Positions 29,590-39,991 of a stretch of DNA of 64,000 bases are shown one piece after another. The position numbers and the translations under genes were made by a program. Position 1 is the first letter of the stretch, and each line of letters begins with the position of its first letter. The notes under the pieces were generated by a model, which did not search any database, was not told where the DNA came from, and saw only the letters and a list, made by a program, of their open reading frames with translations. The stretch comes from Candidatus Bathyarchaeota archaeon (GTDB lineage: Archaea; Thermoproteota; Bathyarchaeia; Bathyarchaeales; Bathycorpusculaceae): positions 512,001-576,000 of the forward strand of contig CAWEPZ010000011.1 of NCBI GenBank assembly GCA_963811105.1, in the 5' to 3' direction.

Positions 29590-29628
29590 AATATTCAAAA
29601 AATACTCTTAAAAGAGAGGAACATTTTC

Positions 29629-29982
29629 TTGAAGGAAACCAAAGAAAATAGCTCGTCAAGCGAAATCGAAAAGTCATTGCAAGCAACTGGTGCCGAAAAA
29701 TACGTTCTTCGTTTGTACGTTACAGGCATAACTCCAAGATCAATTAATGCTATTGAGAACACAAGGAAAATCTGCGAAGAAAACCTCCGAGGAAGATACG
29801 AGCTTGAAGTTATTGACATTTATCAACAACCGCAAGAAGCAAAGAAAGAACAAATACTCGCTGCCCCAACGCTTATCAAAAAGTTACCGTTACCTTTGAG
29901 AAAATTCATCGGCGACATGTCAAACAAAGAAAAAATGCTTATTGGATTAAATGTGGTTCCTAAGAAAGATAAGAATGAATAA
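29629..29982 (+). CDS. kaiB: Second KaiB paralog
   Basis: YVLRLYVTGITPRS..A...LEVIDIYQQP...QILAAPTLIKKLPLPLRKFIGDMS. Confidence 0.93.
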   Translation: MKETKENSSSSEIEKSLQATGAEKYVLRLYVTGITPRSINAIENTRKICEENLRGRYELEVIDIYQQPQEAKKEQILAAPTLIKKLPLPLRKFIGDMSNKEKMLIGLNVVPKKDKNE

Positions 29983-29994
29983 GACGGTTTATCG

Positions 29995-32088
29995 ATGCAA
30001 AAGAAAGCTCACGAAGATTTGGTAGCAGAGGTTCATGAGCTACGAATTCAACTGGAAGAAGCTCAGGAAACTCTCAATGCCATTAGGCGAGGAGAAGTCG
30101 ACGGATTAGTCGTTTCCACTCATAAAGGCGAGCAGGTTTATACCATAAGTGGCGCTGACAGACCTTACCGAGTTCTAATTGAAGAAATGAGGGAAGGCGC
30201 CGTTATGCTCTCAAGCGATAACACCATTTTATATTGCAACAGTGGCTTTGCAAAAATGATTAAATACCCGATGGAAAAAATCGTTGGCAGCTGCGTTCAA
30301 AACATGGTTTTGTCCACTCATATGACAGATTTCGAGGAACTCTTGGCACAAGGCAGAACTGGCAAAGGCAGCATGACCAAAGAAATTACTCTTCACGCGA
30401 ACGACGATAAACTTGTTCAAACATTAATGTCAATTAACTCTTTTAAAATGGACAACATAGAAACCACTTTTCTCATTACAACCGACCTAACTGAACATAT
30501 GGAAGAAGACCTAAAACGCTACACAAACAAATTAGAAACAGAAATCACTGAACGCAAGAAAGCCGAAGAAACTCTACTCTCTAAGAAACGCGAACTTGCC
30601 TCAATTTACGCCAGTGTTCCCGAAGTTCTGTTTTTCTTGTCCATTAACCCAGGAAACTGTTTTCGTTTCTTATCTGTTTCCAAATCCTTCCTGCAGGTTA
30701 CAGGATTAAACGAAAATCAAGTCGTAGGAAAAAGAGTTCAGGAAGTAATTCCCCAGCCGTCTTTATCGCTCGTTCTCGAGAAGTATGAAGAAGCGATTAG
30801 TGAACGTAAAACGATGAGGTGGCAAGAAGTTACAGATTATCCCGCTGGCAAAAAATACGGTGAGGTTTCTGTGACGCCAATCTATGACTTAAATGGTCAC
30901 TGTACAAACCTCATAGGTTTGGTTTATGATATTACTGAGCGTAAGAAAGCTGAAGAAGCGCTGAAGGCTTCGGAAGAAAAAGCTAACCAACTCATAAAAT
31001 ATGCGCCAAGCGGAATCTATGAGCTTGACTATCGTATTCCTCCCAAGTTCAGAAGCGTCAATGATGCAATGTGCCAAATTCTCGGATACACCAGAGAAGA
31101 ATTGCTTGCTACAAGCCCATTTGCCTTATTAGATGATGAAAGCCAGCGGCGTTTCCGAGAAAGAATCATGAAAATGTTGGCAGGCGAAAAAGTAGATGAA
31201 ACGGTCGAATTCAAAGTAATACCTAAAGATGAGCGAGAAATCTACGCTGTACTGAATACAACATTCACTTACAAGAATGAAAAGCCAGATGGGGCATTGG
31301 TAATTGCACATGATGTTACGGAACGCAAGAAAGTTGAAAGGGCGCTTGAGAAGCGGGCTAAGAATTTAGAAAGCTTAGTTGAAGAACGAACGAAAGCATT
31401 ACGAGATTCTGAGCGTTTAGCAGCTATCGGTGCTACTGCTGGTATGGTTGGACATGATATTCGTAATCCCTTGCAGGCTATAATTAGCGATGTCTACTTA
31501 GCTAAAACTGAGTTAGCTTCTATTTCTGATAGTGAAGAGAAAAAGAATACATTAGAAAGTCTGCAAGAAATTGAAAAGAACGTTGATTACATTAACAAGA
31601 TTGTGGCAGACCTGCAGGACTTTGTCAAGCCTCTTAATCCTCATACAGAGGAAACCGATCTGCAATTAGTTATTCGTGATTTGCTTTCAAAAAATAGTTT
31701 GCCTAAAAATATTAACGTAAGCGTTAAGGTTGATGATGAAGCTCGAAAGATTGTTGCTGACGCCACATTCATAAATCGTATTCTGTATAATTTGGTTACT
31801 AATGCTGTTCAAGCCATGCCTAATGGAGGAGAACTGAAAATACATGCTTCCAAAGAGGCAAATGATGTCATAATGACGGTTAAAGATACAGGCGTTGGCA
31901 TTCCTGAAAAAGCGAAAGGCAAGTTGTTTACGCCACTATTTACTACTAAATCTAAAGGTCAAGGTTTCGGTTTAGCTGTAGTTAAGCGAATGACTGAATC
32001 TTTAGGTGGCACAGTAACATTCGAAAGCGAAGAAGGAAAGGGAACAACTTTCTTCGTTCGTTTGCCCTTCAAGAAGGACAAAACATGA
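29995..32088 (+). CDS. Multi-PAS sensor histidine kinase (kai-cluster type)
   Basis: N-terminal EAQETLNAIRRGEVDGLVV, 3 PAS domains, HDIRNPL, HATPase boxes. Confidence 0.93.
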   Translation: MQKKAHEDLVAEVHELRIQLEEAQETLNAIRRGEVDGLVVSTHKGEQVYTISGADRPYRVLIEEMREGAVMLSSDNTILYCNSGFAKMIKYPMEKIVGSCVQNMVLSTHMTDFEELLAQGRTGKGSMTKEITLHANDDKLVQTLMSINSFKMDNIETTFLITTDLTEHMEEDLKRYTNKLETEITERKKAEETLLSKKRELASIYASVPEVLFFLSINPGNCFRFLSVSKSFLQVTGLNENQVVGKRVQEVIPQPSLSLVLEKYEEAISERKTMRWQEVTDYPAGKKYGEVSVTPIYDLNGHCTNLIGLVYDITERKKAEEALKASEEKANQLIKYAPSGIYELDYRIPPKFRSVNDAMCQILGYTREELLATSPFALLDDESQRRFRERIMKMLAGEKVDETVEFKVIPKDEREIYAVLNTTFTYKNEKPDGALVIAHDVTERKKVERALEKRAKNLESLVEERTKALRDSERLAAIGATAGMVGHDIRNPLQAIISDVYLAKTELASISDSEEKKNTLESLQEIEKNVDYINKIVADLQDFVKPLNPHTEETDLQLVIRDLLSKNSLPKNINVSVKVDDEARKIVADATFINRILYNLVTNAVQAMPNGGELKIHASKEANDVIMTVKDTGVGIPEKAKGKLFTPLFTTKSKGQGFGLAVVKRMTESLGGTVTFESEEGKGTTFFVRLPFKKDKT

Positions 32089-32125
32089 ACGCTAGGTAAA
32101 ATCAGCTTATGTAAAATCAACCTTT

Positions 32126-32247
32126 GGGGAACCGAACTCTAAACATCTATTCAGTAATTGTTATGCGATGGGCTTTTGAGTTCAAGTTCGATTCCCTTCC
32201 CGTTTAGGGTTCAAAGAAGTAGTTTGAATACAAATTACCGTGGATCC
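32126..32247. repeat. Dispersed repeat R2 with internal inverted repeat
   Basis: Homologous to 49218-49339 and partly to 27264-27432; GAAC(C/T)CTAAAC...GTTTAGGGTTC. Confidence 0.75.
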
Positions 32248-32380
32248 CTCTAATTATCGATAAACTTATCGCCCTCCTGCTCTTGCAACATTTCATATAA
32301 AGCAAATCACTAATTTGAATGAACATGGACAATGTATATTCTAGACAAAATAAATTCAAAAACAGCTATAACTGGTAAAA

Positions 32381-32493
32381 TGGCGCCGGGAGGGGGATTT
32401 GAACCCCCGCGGCCCCGAAAGGCCACAAGCTGCTTGGTGCTGCTTTCGCAAGCATCTCCAGGCTTGCTCCCTGCCTGGCTAGGATACCCCGGC
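32381..32493 (-). tRNA. tRNA-Ser(GGA) with canonical 24-nt intron (32432-32455)
   Basis: GCCGGGG acceptor stem, CAAGC-CTGGAG|intron|A-GCTTG, long variable arm, GGGGG TTCAAAT CCCCC, encoded CCA. Confidence 0.93.
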
Positions 32494-32679
32494 ACAACCA
32501 CAAGTTGATTTGCACTTCAGTTGATGGGTACCTTTTCTCTGGCTTAAGCATAATTTAAATCTTTATTGTATATCGTTCTTATTGCTACACTAAACCGAAA
32601 AATTGCCATTCTTTTTGCGCAAATTCCCAAAGTTTTAAAACTTTGAATATGAAGTAATGTAAGTCGACCGTGTTTAAGT

Positions 32680-33738
32680 TTGACATTAAAATATCATTAC
32701 ATGCAGCTTCCTCGTGAGGTCATCGTTGGAAAAGGAACCTTGCAACACATCCCTGAAGTAACGAAAAGGTTGGGTCTAAAGGGCAAAGCATTGGTAATGT
32801 CAGACTCAAAATGTTATGACATAGCTGGAAGAGCTGTGTCTGATTTTTTAACAGAGTCAGGTCTATCGGTCAATTTTCTTCTCGTTAAGACCATGACTCT
32901 AAAAGATGTGTTGGACATTGAAGATCAAATAAAAGAGCTAAAACCACAAGTACTTTTCGGTGTAGGCGGCGGAACCATAATTGATGCTGCCAAAATAAGT
33001 TCAGGAAGCCAAAATATCCCATTCATCAGCGTGCCTACAACTGTCTCCCATGACGGAATCGCAAGCCCTTTAGCTTCAATTAAAGGTTCAGACAAACCTT
33101 ACTCAGTACTTGCACAAGCACCCCTCGCGATAATTGCTGACACAGATATAATTGCTCAAGCCCCATGGCGTTTTGTAATAAGTGGCTGCGGAGACGTCAT
33201 AGCAAAATTCACATCCGTCAAAGACTGGAAACTAGCACATTTAGAAGTCAACGAGTACTACGGCGAGTATGCAGCAAGCCTAGCTTTAATGAGCGCAAAA
33301 CTAGTCATTGAAAACTCCAAGCTAATCGTTTCTCACAAAGATGAAGGCTTACATGTTCTTCTTGAAGCTCTGATAAGCTGCGGAGTCGCCATGAGCATTG
33401 CCGGAAGCAGCCGACCATGCAGCGGTTCAGAACATCTATTTAGCCATGCATTAGATCTTGTAAGCACTAACCATGCCATGCACGGGGAACAATGCGGGGT
33501 AGGCTCAATAATAACGGCTTACCTTTTCAAATCAGATTGGAAAAAAATAAGGAGTACACTCAAACAGATGGGTGCTCCAACAACCGCCAGCGAATTAGGG
33601 GTCAAAGACTCTGACATCGTTAAAGCATTGGAATTAGCGGCAAAAATAAGACCCGAACGCTATACAATCCTTCACAAGCTAAATCTTAATCCTGATGTTT
33701 GCGAGAAAACCGCGAAGACAACAGGCGTAATCAGTTAG
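32680..33738 (+). CDS. egsA: NAD(P)-dependent glycerol-1-phosphate dehydrogenase
   Basis: GVGGGTIIDAAK, PTTVSHDGIASP, GSSRPCSGSEHLFSHALD, HGEQCG. Confidence 0.96.
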   Translation: MTLKYHYMQLPREVIVGKGTLQHIPEVTKRLGLKGKALVMSDSKCYDIAGRAVSDFLTESGLSVNFLLVKTMTLKDVLDIEDQIKELKPQVLFGVGGGTIIDAAKISSGSQNIPFISVPTTVSHDGIASPLASIKGSDKPYSVLAQAPLAIIADTDIIAQAPWRFVISGCGDVIAKFTSVKDWKLAHLEVNEYYGEYAASLALMSAKLVIENSKLIVSHKDEGLHVLLEALISCGVAMSIAGSSRPCSGSEHLFSHALDLVSTNHAMHGEQCGVGSIITAYLFKSDWKKIRSTLKQMGAPTTASELGVKDSDIVKALELAAKIRPERYTILHKLNLNPDVCEKTAKTTGVIS

Positions 33739-33929
33739 CTAAAAAACTAAACCCAATCAAATTGCAGATATTATCTCATAGTTTTCGGGATCAATCCTAC
33801 AAAATAGAATGCTAAGTTACCAAGCTACGCCGAAAGTACCTTCTAAAATCCTAAAATCCTACAATGTTACAGTCAATACCGGCATGCAATCAATACGACA
33901 ATTACTTAAGTTCTTAAATTTCCAATGGT

Positions 33930-34286
33930 TGATTTAGGCAACTGGTTTCCCTCAGGGTCTTCCCCGCATCTAACCAACTAACATTGGGTACCTGCTTAGC
34001 AGATATGACTTTACCCCCAGTTTTAGAATTTTATCCAAGTAATCACTAATCGGATTCGACTGCAAAATAGCTAATGGGTTTTACTTCAGATTCCACCTTC
34101 TTAATCAGGCCACCATTCACTCTTAGCCCCAACGGCATGCTGTCGAATCAATAGAAACGGTTAGTACACCCTAATAGTCCAAAGGTACAGGATACTGAAT
34201 CACTTTCCAGTCGAAAACTTCACAGAATTCCTTAATTTATCTACATCTCGTGCTGGGATATCAAATTGGACTAACATATGGTCCAT
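33930..34286 (-). pseudogene. VOC/glyoxalase-family pseudogene
   Basis: MDHMLVQFDIPARDVDKL..VFDWK..NGGL..GGKVISAK..DPEGN with frameshifts and stops. Confidence 0.7.
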
Positions 34287-34442
34287 CCTCTTTCTTACGC
34301 TTCCATTCAATAGTCAAATGAAAAAGAATAGAAACCGTTATCCTTACAATAATAGATACTTGAACGAAATCTATTTCTATTCTCAGCGACAAACAAAATT
34401 GAAAATGGAATTAAAGAGAAACAAAAAATTTGCAAACCCAAT

Positions 34443-35186
34443 CTACGGGGCGTTAGTTTTTGTTTCAGGTGCTGGCGTTATTACTGCAGGTGTTGGTTTG
34501 GGTTCAGCTTTGAAGGTCTCGACGAATCTAGTCTCTGCTATGTTAGGGATGAATTTCTGGATGTCCATTGCAATGCCGCGTTTTGCGATTTGGATGCCTT
34601 CAACATAGAATGTGTCTTCGGGCATGTCAATTGTTAGGTTACAGTCCTGTATAGTTAGTTTGAACTTGTTTTCTTCTACTACTGGTACTCTTCGGTGAAC
34701 AAGAGAGCCAATTTTTTCTTCGTTCTTTTCAAGTTTTCTTGTTACAGTGACATCGTAAACCAAGGTTCTTCCGGCTAATGGAGGGTTAAAGTCCAAAAGT
34801 ACCCTTCCTGCACCGACTGATCGCACAACTGCCATTTTGCCTTGATATTCAATTCGTGCGCCAATAGCGGGATTAATTTCTTTTGCAAGTAATTGTTTGA
34901 GAGGTACACGCTTTATTTTCTCTGGGTCTCTTTGGCCAAAACCTTTTTCAGGAGAAATTTCAACTGTTGCGAGCGTATTTATTTCCATTGTTATTAAACT
35001 GTCATCTAAGGCTTTGAGAACCCAGCCTTCTCCTATAACAACTAGTTTAGGTTCATATAGCTCTCCTTCTTTGTGGAGATGCTCTTTTTTTGATACATCT
35101 TCGTATGTTGTATCGAAAACTTCGTTTGTTTCTTTAACTTTTGATGTATAATTGATTAATATGAAATCTCCTTTTTGTAGGGTCAT
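34443..35186 (-). CDS. Long-type FKBP peptidyl-prolyl isomerase
   Basis: GDFILINYT..VFDTT..GFGQRDP..LDFNPPLAGRTL plus archaeal C-terminal domain. Confidence 0.92.
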   Translation of the reverse strand: MTLQKGDFILINYTSKVKETNEVFDTTYEDVSKKEHLHKEGELYEPKLVVIGEGWVLKALDDSLITMEINTLATVEISPEKGFGQRDPEKIKRVPLKQLLAKEINPAIGARIEYQGKMAVVRSVGAGRVLLDFNPPLAGRTLVYDVTVTRKLEKNEEKIGSLVHRRVPVVEENKFKLTIQDCNLTIDMPEDTFYVEGIQIAKRGIAMDIQKFIPNIAETRFVETFKAEPKPTPAVITPAPETKTNAP

Positions 35187-35349
35187 CTCGAATCAACCTT
35201 TGCCTTAACGGCGATGTTTAAAATTCAAACGCGAATAAAAACTTTTTCTACTAGAAAACAGTAAGTGCAAAATGGTCAACTAAAAAGTCATAAACTGAAT
35301 AATTGACCAAGCTGAGAAGAAAATGAATTGGAGTGTTTTGGAATAATTT

Positions 35350-35862
35350 CTAAAGGTTAAGTTTTTGATAGTATTTCTCCAAAAACGCTACTTCGGTGAG
35401 TGGCTTCCTGTCTTCTTAGCCAATTACTTTCTTATCTGGACAGCCGAATCCGACTACAGTCGTGATGCTTAGGTTTGCTCGGTAGAGCGTAGTCTTTTTC
35501 ATCGCCGATGTATCAACATCTATGTATATGCCTGAGGGGGTACGCCAAAGCTCCAAGCGTCAAAAAGCATACTTTGAACGGCTCTTACAGATCTATCATG
35601 TGGAAGAAGTACTTAGGATTAGTCAGGATTATAACTGCAAAATTTGACTTTGCAACCCAATTGGCCTGGTACACTGTCAGATGAAAGTTTTTTTGATATT
35701 TTCTTTATCTTGAACCGATACGAACCGCCAATGCTGAATATTATTGAGGCTTCCGGTTAGGCGGGCGGCCTCAAAAATTTTCTTTTTAATTTCAACTGAA
35801 ACAGATTTTGAACTGAAGGAGCGAGACTCAGTTTTTGTCACAATCAACTTATGGGCATTATT
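35350..35862 (-). pseudogene. Nitroreductase-family pseudogene
   Basis: RSFSSKSVSVEIKKKIFEAARLTGSLNNIQHWRFVSVQDKE followed by frameshifts; ends approximate. Confidence 0.7.
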
Positions 35863-35957
35863 ACAAGGTATCCAGACACACTCTTTTGATGAAGGCTCAA
35901 AACAATTCTGGCTACCACTATTTTGTTTTTGAATTAAATAAATTTAACCGTGATGGC

Positions 35958-36305
35958 TTACCGGTATCTATTTTTGAAAATGCTGATAAACATGTAAACA
36001 ACAGCTACAGCATTTGCTACTGCACTTATTCCATTGAGCAAACGTGCTTCAGGGAAATAAATAACATTGAACGCATTAAAAGAGAAAGCGTAGATAAGTG
36101 AGAAAGTGGCAATTGCAGCGCCAAATTTTTTCATGAGCAGCAAACCAACAGTTGAAATAATCCAAAGTGCGAGTAGGATTGAATTATTGAGATCGGCCGA
36201 ATCGTTGAAAACAGTGACTTCCAGTGCCATAAAAACAGTGTTTATGACCATCCATGCAACAATCGCAAATATTGCTAATGTCTTTTTTGGTTTAGTTTCA
36301 GACAT
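35958..36305 (-). CDS. Four-TM hypothetical membrane protein
   Basis: Hydrophobic ORF. Confidence 0.7.
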   Translation of the reverse strand: MSETKPKKTLAIFAIVAWMVINTVFMALEVTVFNDSADLNNSILLALWIISTVGLLLMKKFGAAIATFSLIYAFSFNAFNVIYFPEARLLNGISAVANAVAVVYMFISIFKNRYR

Positions 36306-36416
36306 AGCTAATTTTTGTATACTGTTTTAGGATTTAACTTTTTAGTAAAATCTCTTGGAAAATCTTTCGGGATAAAATTAAACAATAAATAAAAGTCTAA
36401 CAAATAGGTATTCCAA

Positions 36417-36923
36417 GTGAATGCTATGCGGTTTGAGTGTTGTGGCTGCAAGAAATCTTTTTCCGGTTCAGGATTAATTGTGAATATAAATAGTAATGAG
36501 CAGATGTATTGTGCGAATTGTTTCTGGAAGGTTCGGGCTGAATACGATAAGAAGAAGACCTGTGAAGACTGTGGCTACTTTGAAAAGGAATCCTGCGAGA
36601 AAACTGGAAAAAATTTGACTCCCGCAAAGGTTGGATTTAACGAGTATTTTGTCGAAGCAGAAACTTGCAAAGACTTCACCATCGAGAAAAAAGGCAGTCC
36701 GAAAAAGAAAGACAAAGAAGTAACTCAGACGCAAAAAGAAGCAGCCGCTCTCGCCAAGAACCTCTCGGAAAAAGGACAAACTCTAACATATTACTGTTGC
36801 CACTGTGGAGCACCTCTAAAAATCGGTGGAAAAACATCAGAAATCCAGAAAACCTGCCCCAGATGCCGCGGTGACCTCGAAATTATCAATCTAGCAAAAT
36901 TAATCAAACAACACCATTCTTAA
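36417..36923 (+). CDS. Cys-rich multi-zinc-site hypothetical protein
   Basis: Five CxxC pairs. Confidence 0.75.
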   Translation: MNAMRFECCGCKKSFSGSGLIVNINSNEQMYCANCFWKVRAEYDKKKTCEDCGYFEKESCEKTGKNLTPAKVGFNEYFVEAETCKDFTIEKKGSPKKKDKEVTQTQKEAAALAKNLSEKGQTLTYYCCHCGAPLKIGGKTSEIQKTCPRCRGDLEIINLAKLIKQHHS

Positions 36924-36970
36924 AGCCTCGAAGTTGCAAACGGAATTGGCGATCTCTCTGGGCTTGAAAC

Positions 36971-37888
36971 TTATAGCATTATATCCTTATGATCAATTAA
37001 TTCTTTAGCTGTAATTAGTTTAATGTCAATTCTGTTCATCCGTGCCCTACTAACTGCAGCGTACGCTTCACTGTTGAAGCCAAAAGCAACCATAACGCCA
37101 CTTCGAGTCTTTGCCTGTGTAAGCGCATTCATAAAACCATCAACCTGCAATCTATCCACACTATCCGACTGCTTAATTGCAACCGGAACATTATCACCAG
37201 TGAATCCGTCAATTCCCTTTCTTGAATCTAAGACTGAACCTGCATGACCTCTAATCCTCTGAAACACCCAATCTTGATATTCATAAGAAGAGAAAAGCCG
37301 AACCTTTTGCTCTGAAATCCTCGTCTTCTTAAGCATCATGAATCCACCTATGGAGCCAAGCGCAACCACAACTATACCGACTACAGGAAATGCAACAGAA
37401 CCATAATCAAACCCTTTGCCGGAATTATTGCCGCTTGTATGTCCAGCTCCGCCTGAACTGGGGATAGTAGGTTGGGTTCCAGTTCCTGTGCCGGTTGAAC
37501 CTGTGATAGGCTCTGCAGCGAATGTAATCATGCAAGCATAGTAAGGCTCAAAAGGTAAGTCAAAGCTAAGTGTTATCCACACGGTTTGACCCGGACCTAT
37601 AAGTGTTCTATCTGAAGATTTTGTCTGGGAATCACCTGCTTTAGCGCTAAGAGTAAGAACAGCTGTTGCGACACCATAAACATCGACAGCCTCATTATTT
37701 TTGAATTCTCCAGTCACGTTTGTTGTGTGTGCATCTCCGCCTGCGTTGATTTGGACTCTAGTAACATTTGGCTGAACTGATTCCGCATTTACGAAGCATG
37801 ACTGACTTGCTATTGCAACTACGCTTAAAATTGAAAGAACAAGAAAAAGTATCAACAAACTGTTTACAATCTTACCTTTTTTCGCCAT
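36971..37888 (-). CDS. Membrane-anchored protein with extracellular Ig-like domain and cytoplasmic Mrr-like nuclease fold
   Basis: Signal/TM, beta-rich domain, G/T linker, TM, then YEYQDWV..GIDG..VAIKQS..VD.F..G.MVAFGF..A..IKLIT. Confidence 0.7.
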   Translation of the reverse strand: MAKKGKIVNSLLILFLVLSILSVVAIASQSCFVNAESVQPNVTRVQINAGGDAHTTNVTGEFKNNEAVDVYGVATAVLTLSAKAGDSQTKSSDRTLIGPGQTVWITLSFDLPFEPYYACMITFAAEPITGSTGTGTGTQPTIPSSGGAGHTSGNNSGKGFDYGSVAFPVVGIVVVALGSIGGFMMLKKTRISEQKVRLFSSYEYQDWVFQRIRGHAGSVLDSRKGIDGFTGDNVPVAIKQSDSVDRLQVDGFMNALTQAKTRSGVMVAFGFNSEAYAAVSRARMNRIDIKLITAKELIDHKDIML

Positions 37889-38100
37889 TTCGTCCAACCT
37901 CAAGTTTCAGCGACAACTCTAATGCACCTCTGATGTCATGGTTCGGTATCTATAACCTCAGGGGCTTAGTTAGTCAAACGCTGTCTATGGTACACTTAAT
38001 TATTAAAAACTTTGCATAAACTCAGAAAGATAATTATTTAAGTTAAGCTGAGCGGAAAATCTTTTTTGCTTAATCGCATTAGAACTTTGTAGCGGAATTT

Positions 38101-38586
38101 TTGGTAAACGTGATTGAAAAAACCAGAGGCGTTTTAGTCAGCAAGACCGCTTTTGGTGGTTTGTTTTTTGTTGTTTTCTTGACAACTTGGGATCTGCCAT
38201 TGTTGTGCCTTACTTTTTTTTATGTGCTTACCGTGGGTGGCTCAGCGTTCCTATACGGAGTGCTTCTAGCATCTTACAGCCTCATGTCTTTTGTTTTCAC
38301 ACCTTTTGTTGCCAGGTTGAGCGACCGTTATGGAAGAAGAAAAATCCTACTCGCCGGGTTAGAAATATCCAGCTTAAGCTACTTCATATTCGGCTCAGCG
38401 CACGTTATTTGGCTGCTATTTGCAGGTATAATGCTTTCTGGAACCACACCTGCTAACATCAATGTTGCTCAAGCTTATGTTGCGGATGTCACTACCCAAC
38501 GCAGATTACGTTACCTCGGGGTCTTGGCGCGGCGTTGTTTCAGCTGCAATTTCAGTCGCCCCTGTGCCTTTGGTTTTAAGTTCTAA
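38101..38586 (+). pseudogene. Truncated MFS (TetA-like) transporter
   Basis: LSDRYGRRKILL and AQAYVADVT motifs; only the N-terminal third is present. Confidence 0.8.
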
Positions 38587-38631
38587 AAAGTTCATAGCAT
38601 TAATTAGCAGAAAAAGGATTGTAGCTTGACG

Positions 38632-38670
38632 TTTACGCATACGCTTAAATTCCACCTGAAAAACCCGAGA
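38632..38670 (-). repeat. Degenerate cassette end of the tRNA-Ser(GCT) array
   Basis: TTTACGCATACGCTTAAATTCCACC..CCCGAGA versus TTTACACCCACGTTTAAATTCCACGCGAGA at 46416-46445. Confidence 0.5.
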
Positions 38671-38706
38671 AACTCAATTCTAATTCGATTTTTGACCAGC
38701 AAGTTT

Positions 38707-38744
38707 ATATGAATACTATTTCATATGAATTATAATTCATATGA
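38707..38744. promoter_or_regulatory. Two overlapping ArsR/SmtB-type operators
   Basis: ATATGAA-TACTAT-TTCATAT (38707-38726) and perfect palindrome ATATGAATTATAATTCATAT (38723-38742), overlapping the TATA box. Confidence 0.8.
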
Positions 38745-38768
38745 TTCGCAATACCAAGATGGAAAGAA

Positions 38769-39089
38769 GTGAAAAAAAGCCTAACAAAAATCTGTTATCG
38801 ATTCTTCATCAACCTAGCAAATCCCACAAGACTCGCAGCACTCGAACAGCTTATGCAGAAACCCATGAGCGTAAACGAACTCGCAACAGCCCTCGGACAA
38901 GAACAAAGCATGATCTCACACAACCTCAAACCATTACTCCAATGTAACCTCATCGCTATCAAAAGGCAAGGCAAAAAACACATTTACACAGTCAACGAAG
39001 AAACTATGCGCCCCATCTTTGGAGCCATCGAAAATCACGCGCAAAAATTCTGCCCAACAGGAGGAAAATGCCTGAAAGGAGAGAATTAA
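38769..39089 (+). CDS. ArsR/SmtB-family transcriptional repressor
   Basis: LANPTRL..L...PMSVNELA...QSMISHNLKPL...RQGK..IY; C-terminal Cys pair. Confidence 0.92.
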   Translation: MKKSLTKICYRFFINLANPTRLAALEQLMQKPMSVNELATALGQEQSMISHNLKPLLQCNLIAIKRQGKKHIYTVNEETMRPIFGAIENHAQKFCPTGGKCLKGEN

Positions 39090-39090
39090 C

Positions 39091-39744
39091 ATGATAAAAA
39101 GAAAAATCGTGAACATAAATGAAAATCTCTGTAATGGATGCGGCAACTGCATCCCTAAATGCGCAGAAGGCGCCCTCCAAATAGTAAACGACAAGGCAAA
39201 AATCATCAAAGAAACCTATTGCGATGGCTTAGGCGCTTGCTTGGGGCAATGCCCTCAAGGAGCAATAACTATAACAGAACGTGAAGCAGAATCCTTCGAC
39301 GAAAACGAAGTGCACGAACATTTCAAGAGAAAACCAAACCCCACGTCGCCAACAGACATTAAAGCTAACTTGACACAACAAAAGCCCCAGTGGCCCGTAA
39401 AACTAAACCTTGTCCCAACCAAGGCTCCATTTTTCGAAAATGCCAACCTACTACTCGCTGCTGACTGCGCACCTATTGCACTCAAAAACTTCCACGACAC
39501 ATTGATGTCTGGAAAGCGAGTCATTATAGGCTGCCCAAAATTCGACGATGCGAAAGCATACGCCCAGAAACTGACCGAGATCCTAAAACAAAACAACATC
39601 GCATCCGTGGCCGTTGTTCATATGGAAGTGCCCTGTTGTACTGGCTTAAAATGGGCTATAAAAAAGGCGCTTGAATTATCAGGTAAACAAATTCCACTTA
39701 GAGAATATGAAATAAAAATAGGAGGCGAAATAGTTGAGCTCTAA
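39091..39744 (+). CDS. 4Fe-4S dicluster protein with C-terminal Cys domain
   Basis: CNGCGNCIPKC, CDGLGACLGQCP, QWPVKL, AADC, GCPKFD, MEVPCC. Confidence 0.88.
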   Translation: MIKRKIVNINENLCNGCGNCIPKCAEGALQIVNDKAKIIKETYCDGLGACLGQCPQGAITITEREAESFDENEVHEHFKRKPNPTSPTDIKANLTQQKPQWPVKLNLVPTKAPFFENANLLLAADCAPIALKNFHDTLMSGKRVIIGCPKFDDAKAYAQKLTEILKQNNIASVAVVHMEVPCCTGLKWAIKKALELSGKQIPLREYEIKIGGEIVEL

Positions 39745-39988
39745 AGATAAGCCCATGGAAAAGAATCCTCAAACATGTCCAGGACTACGAGACCTGCTTC
39801 AGCCTAAACCGGCTTATATTAAATGTCATGTTTGCGGCGGCGATCTAGAAATTTGGAGTGATGAAGACAAAACATTATGTCCAGAATGCGGAGCCGAATG
39901 GAAACGCCCCGACAAGACAGCCGCATGCTTAGAATATTGTCAGTACGCCGACAAATGCCGAGGTATAATCGAATCGAAAAAAACCTAA
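39734..39988 (+). CDS. Small Cys-rich zinc-ribbon protein
   Basis: CPG..CHVCG..EIWSDE..CPECG..CLEYCQYADKC. Confidence 0.8.
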   Translation: MSSKDKPMEKNPQTCPGLRDLLQPKPAYIKCHVCGGDLEIWSDEDKTLCPECGAEWKRPDKTAACLEYCQYADKCRGIIESKKT

Positions 39989-39991
39989 AAG

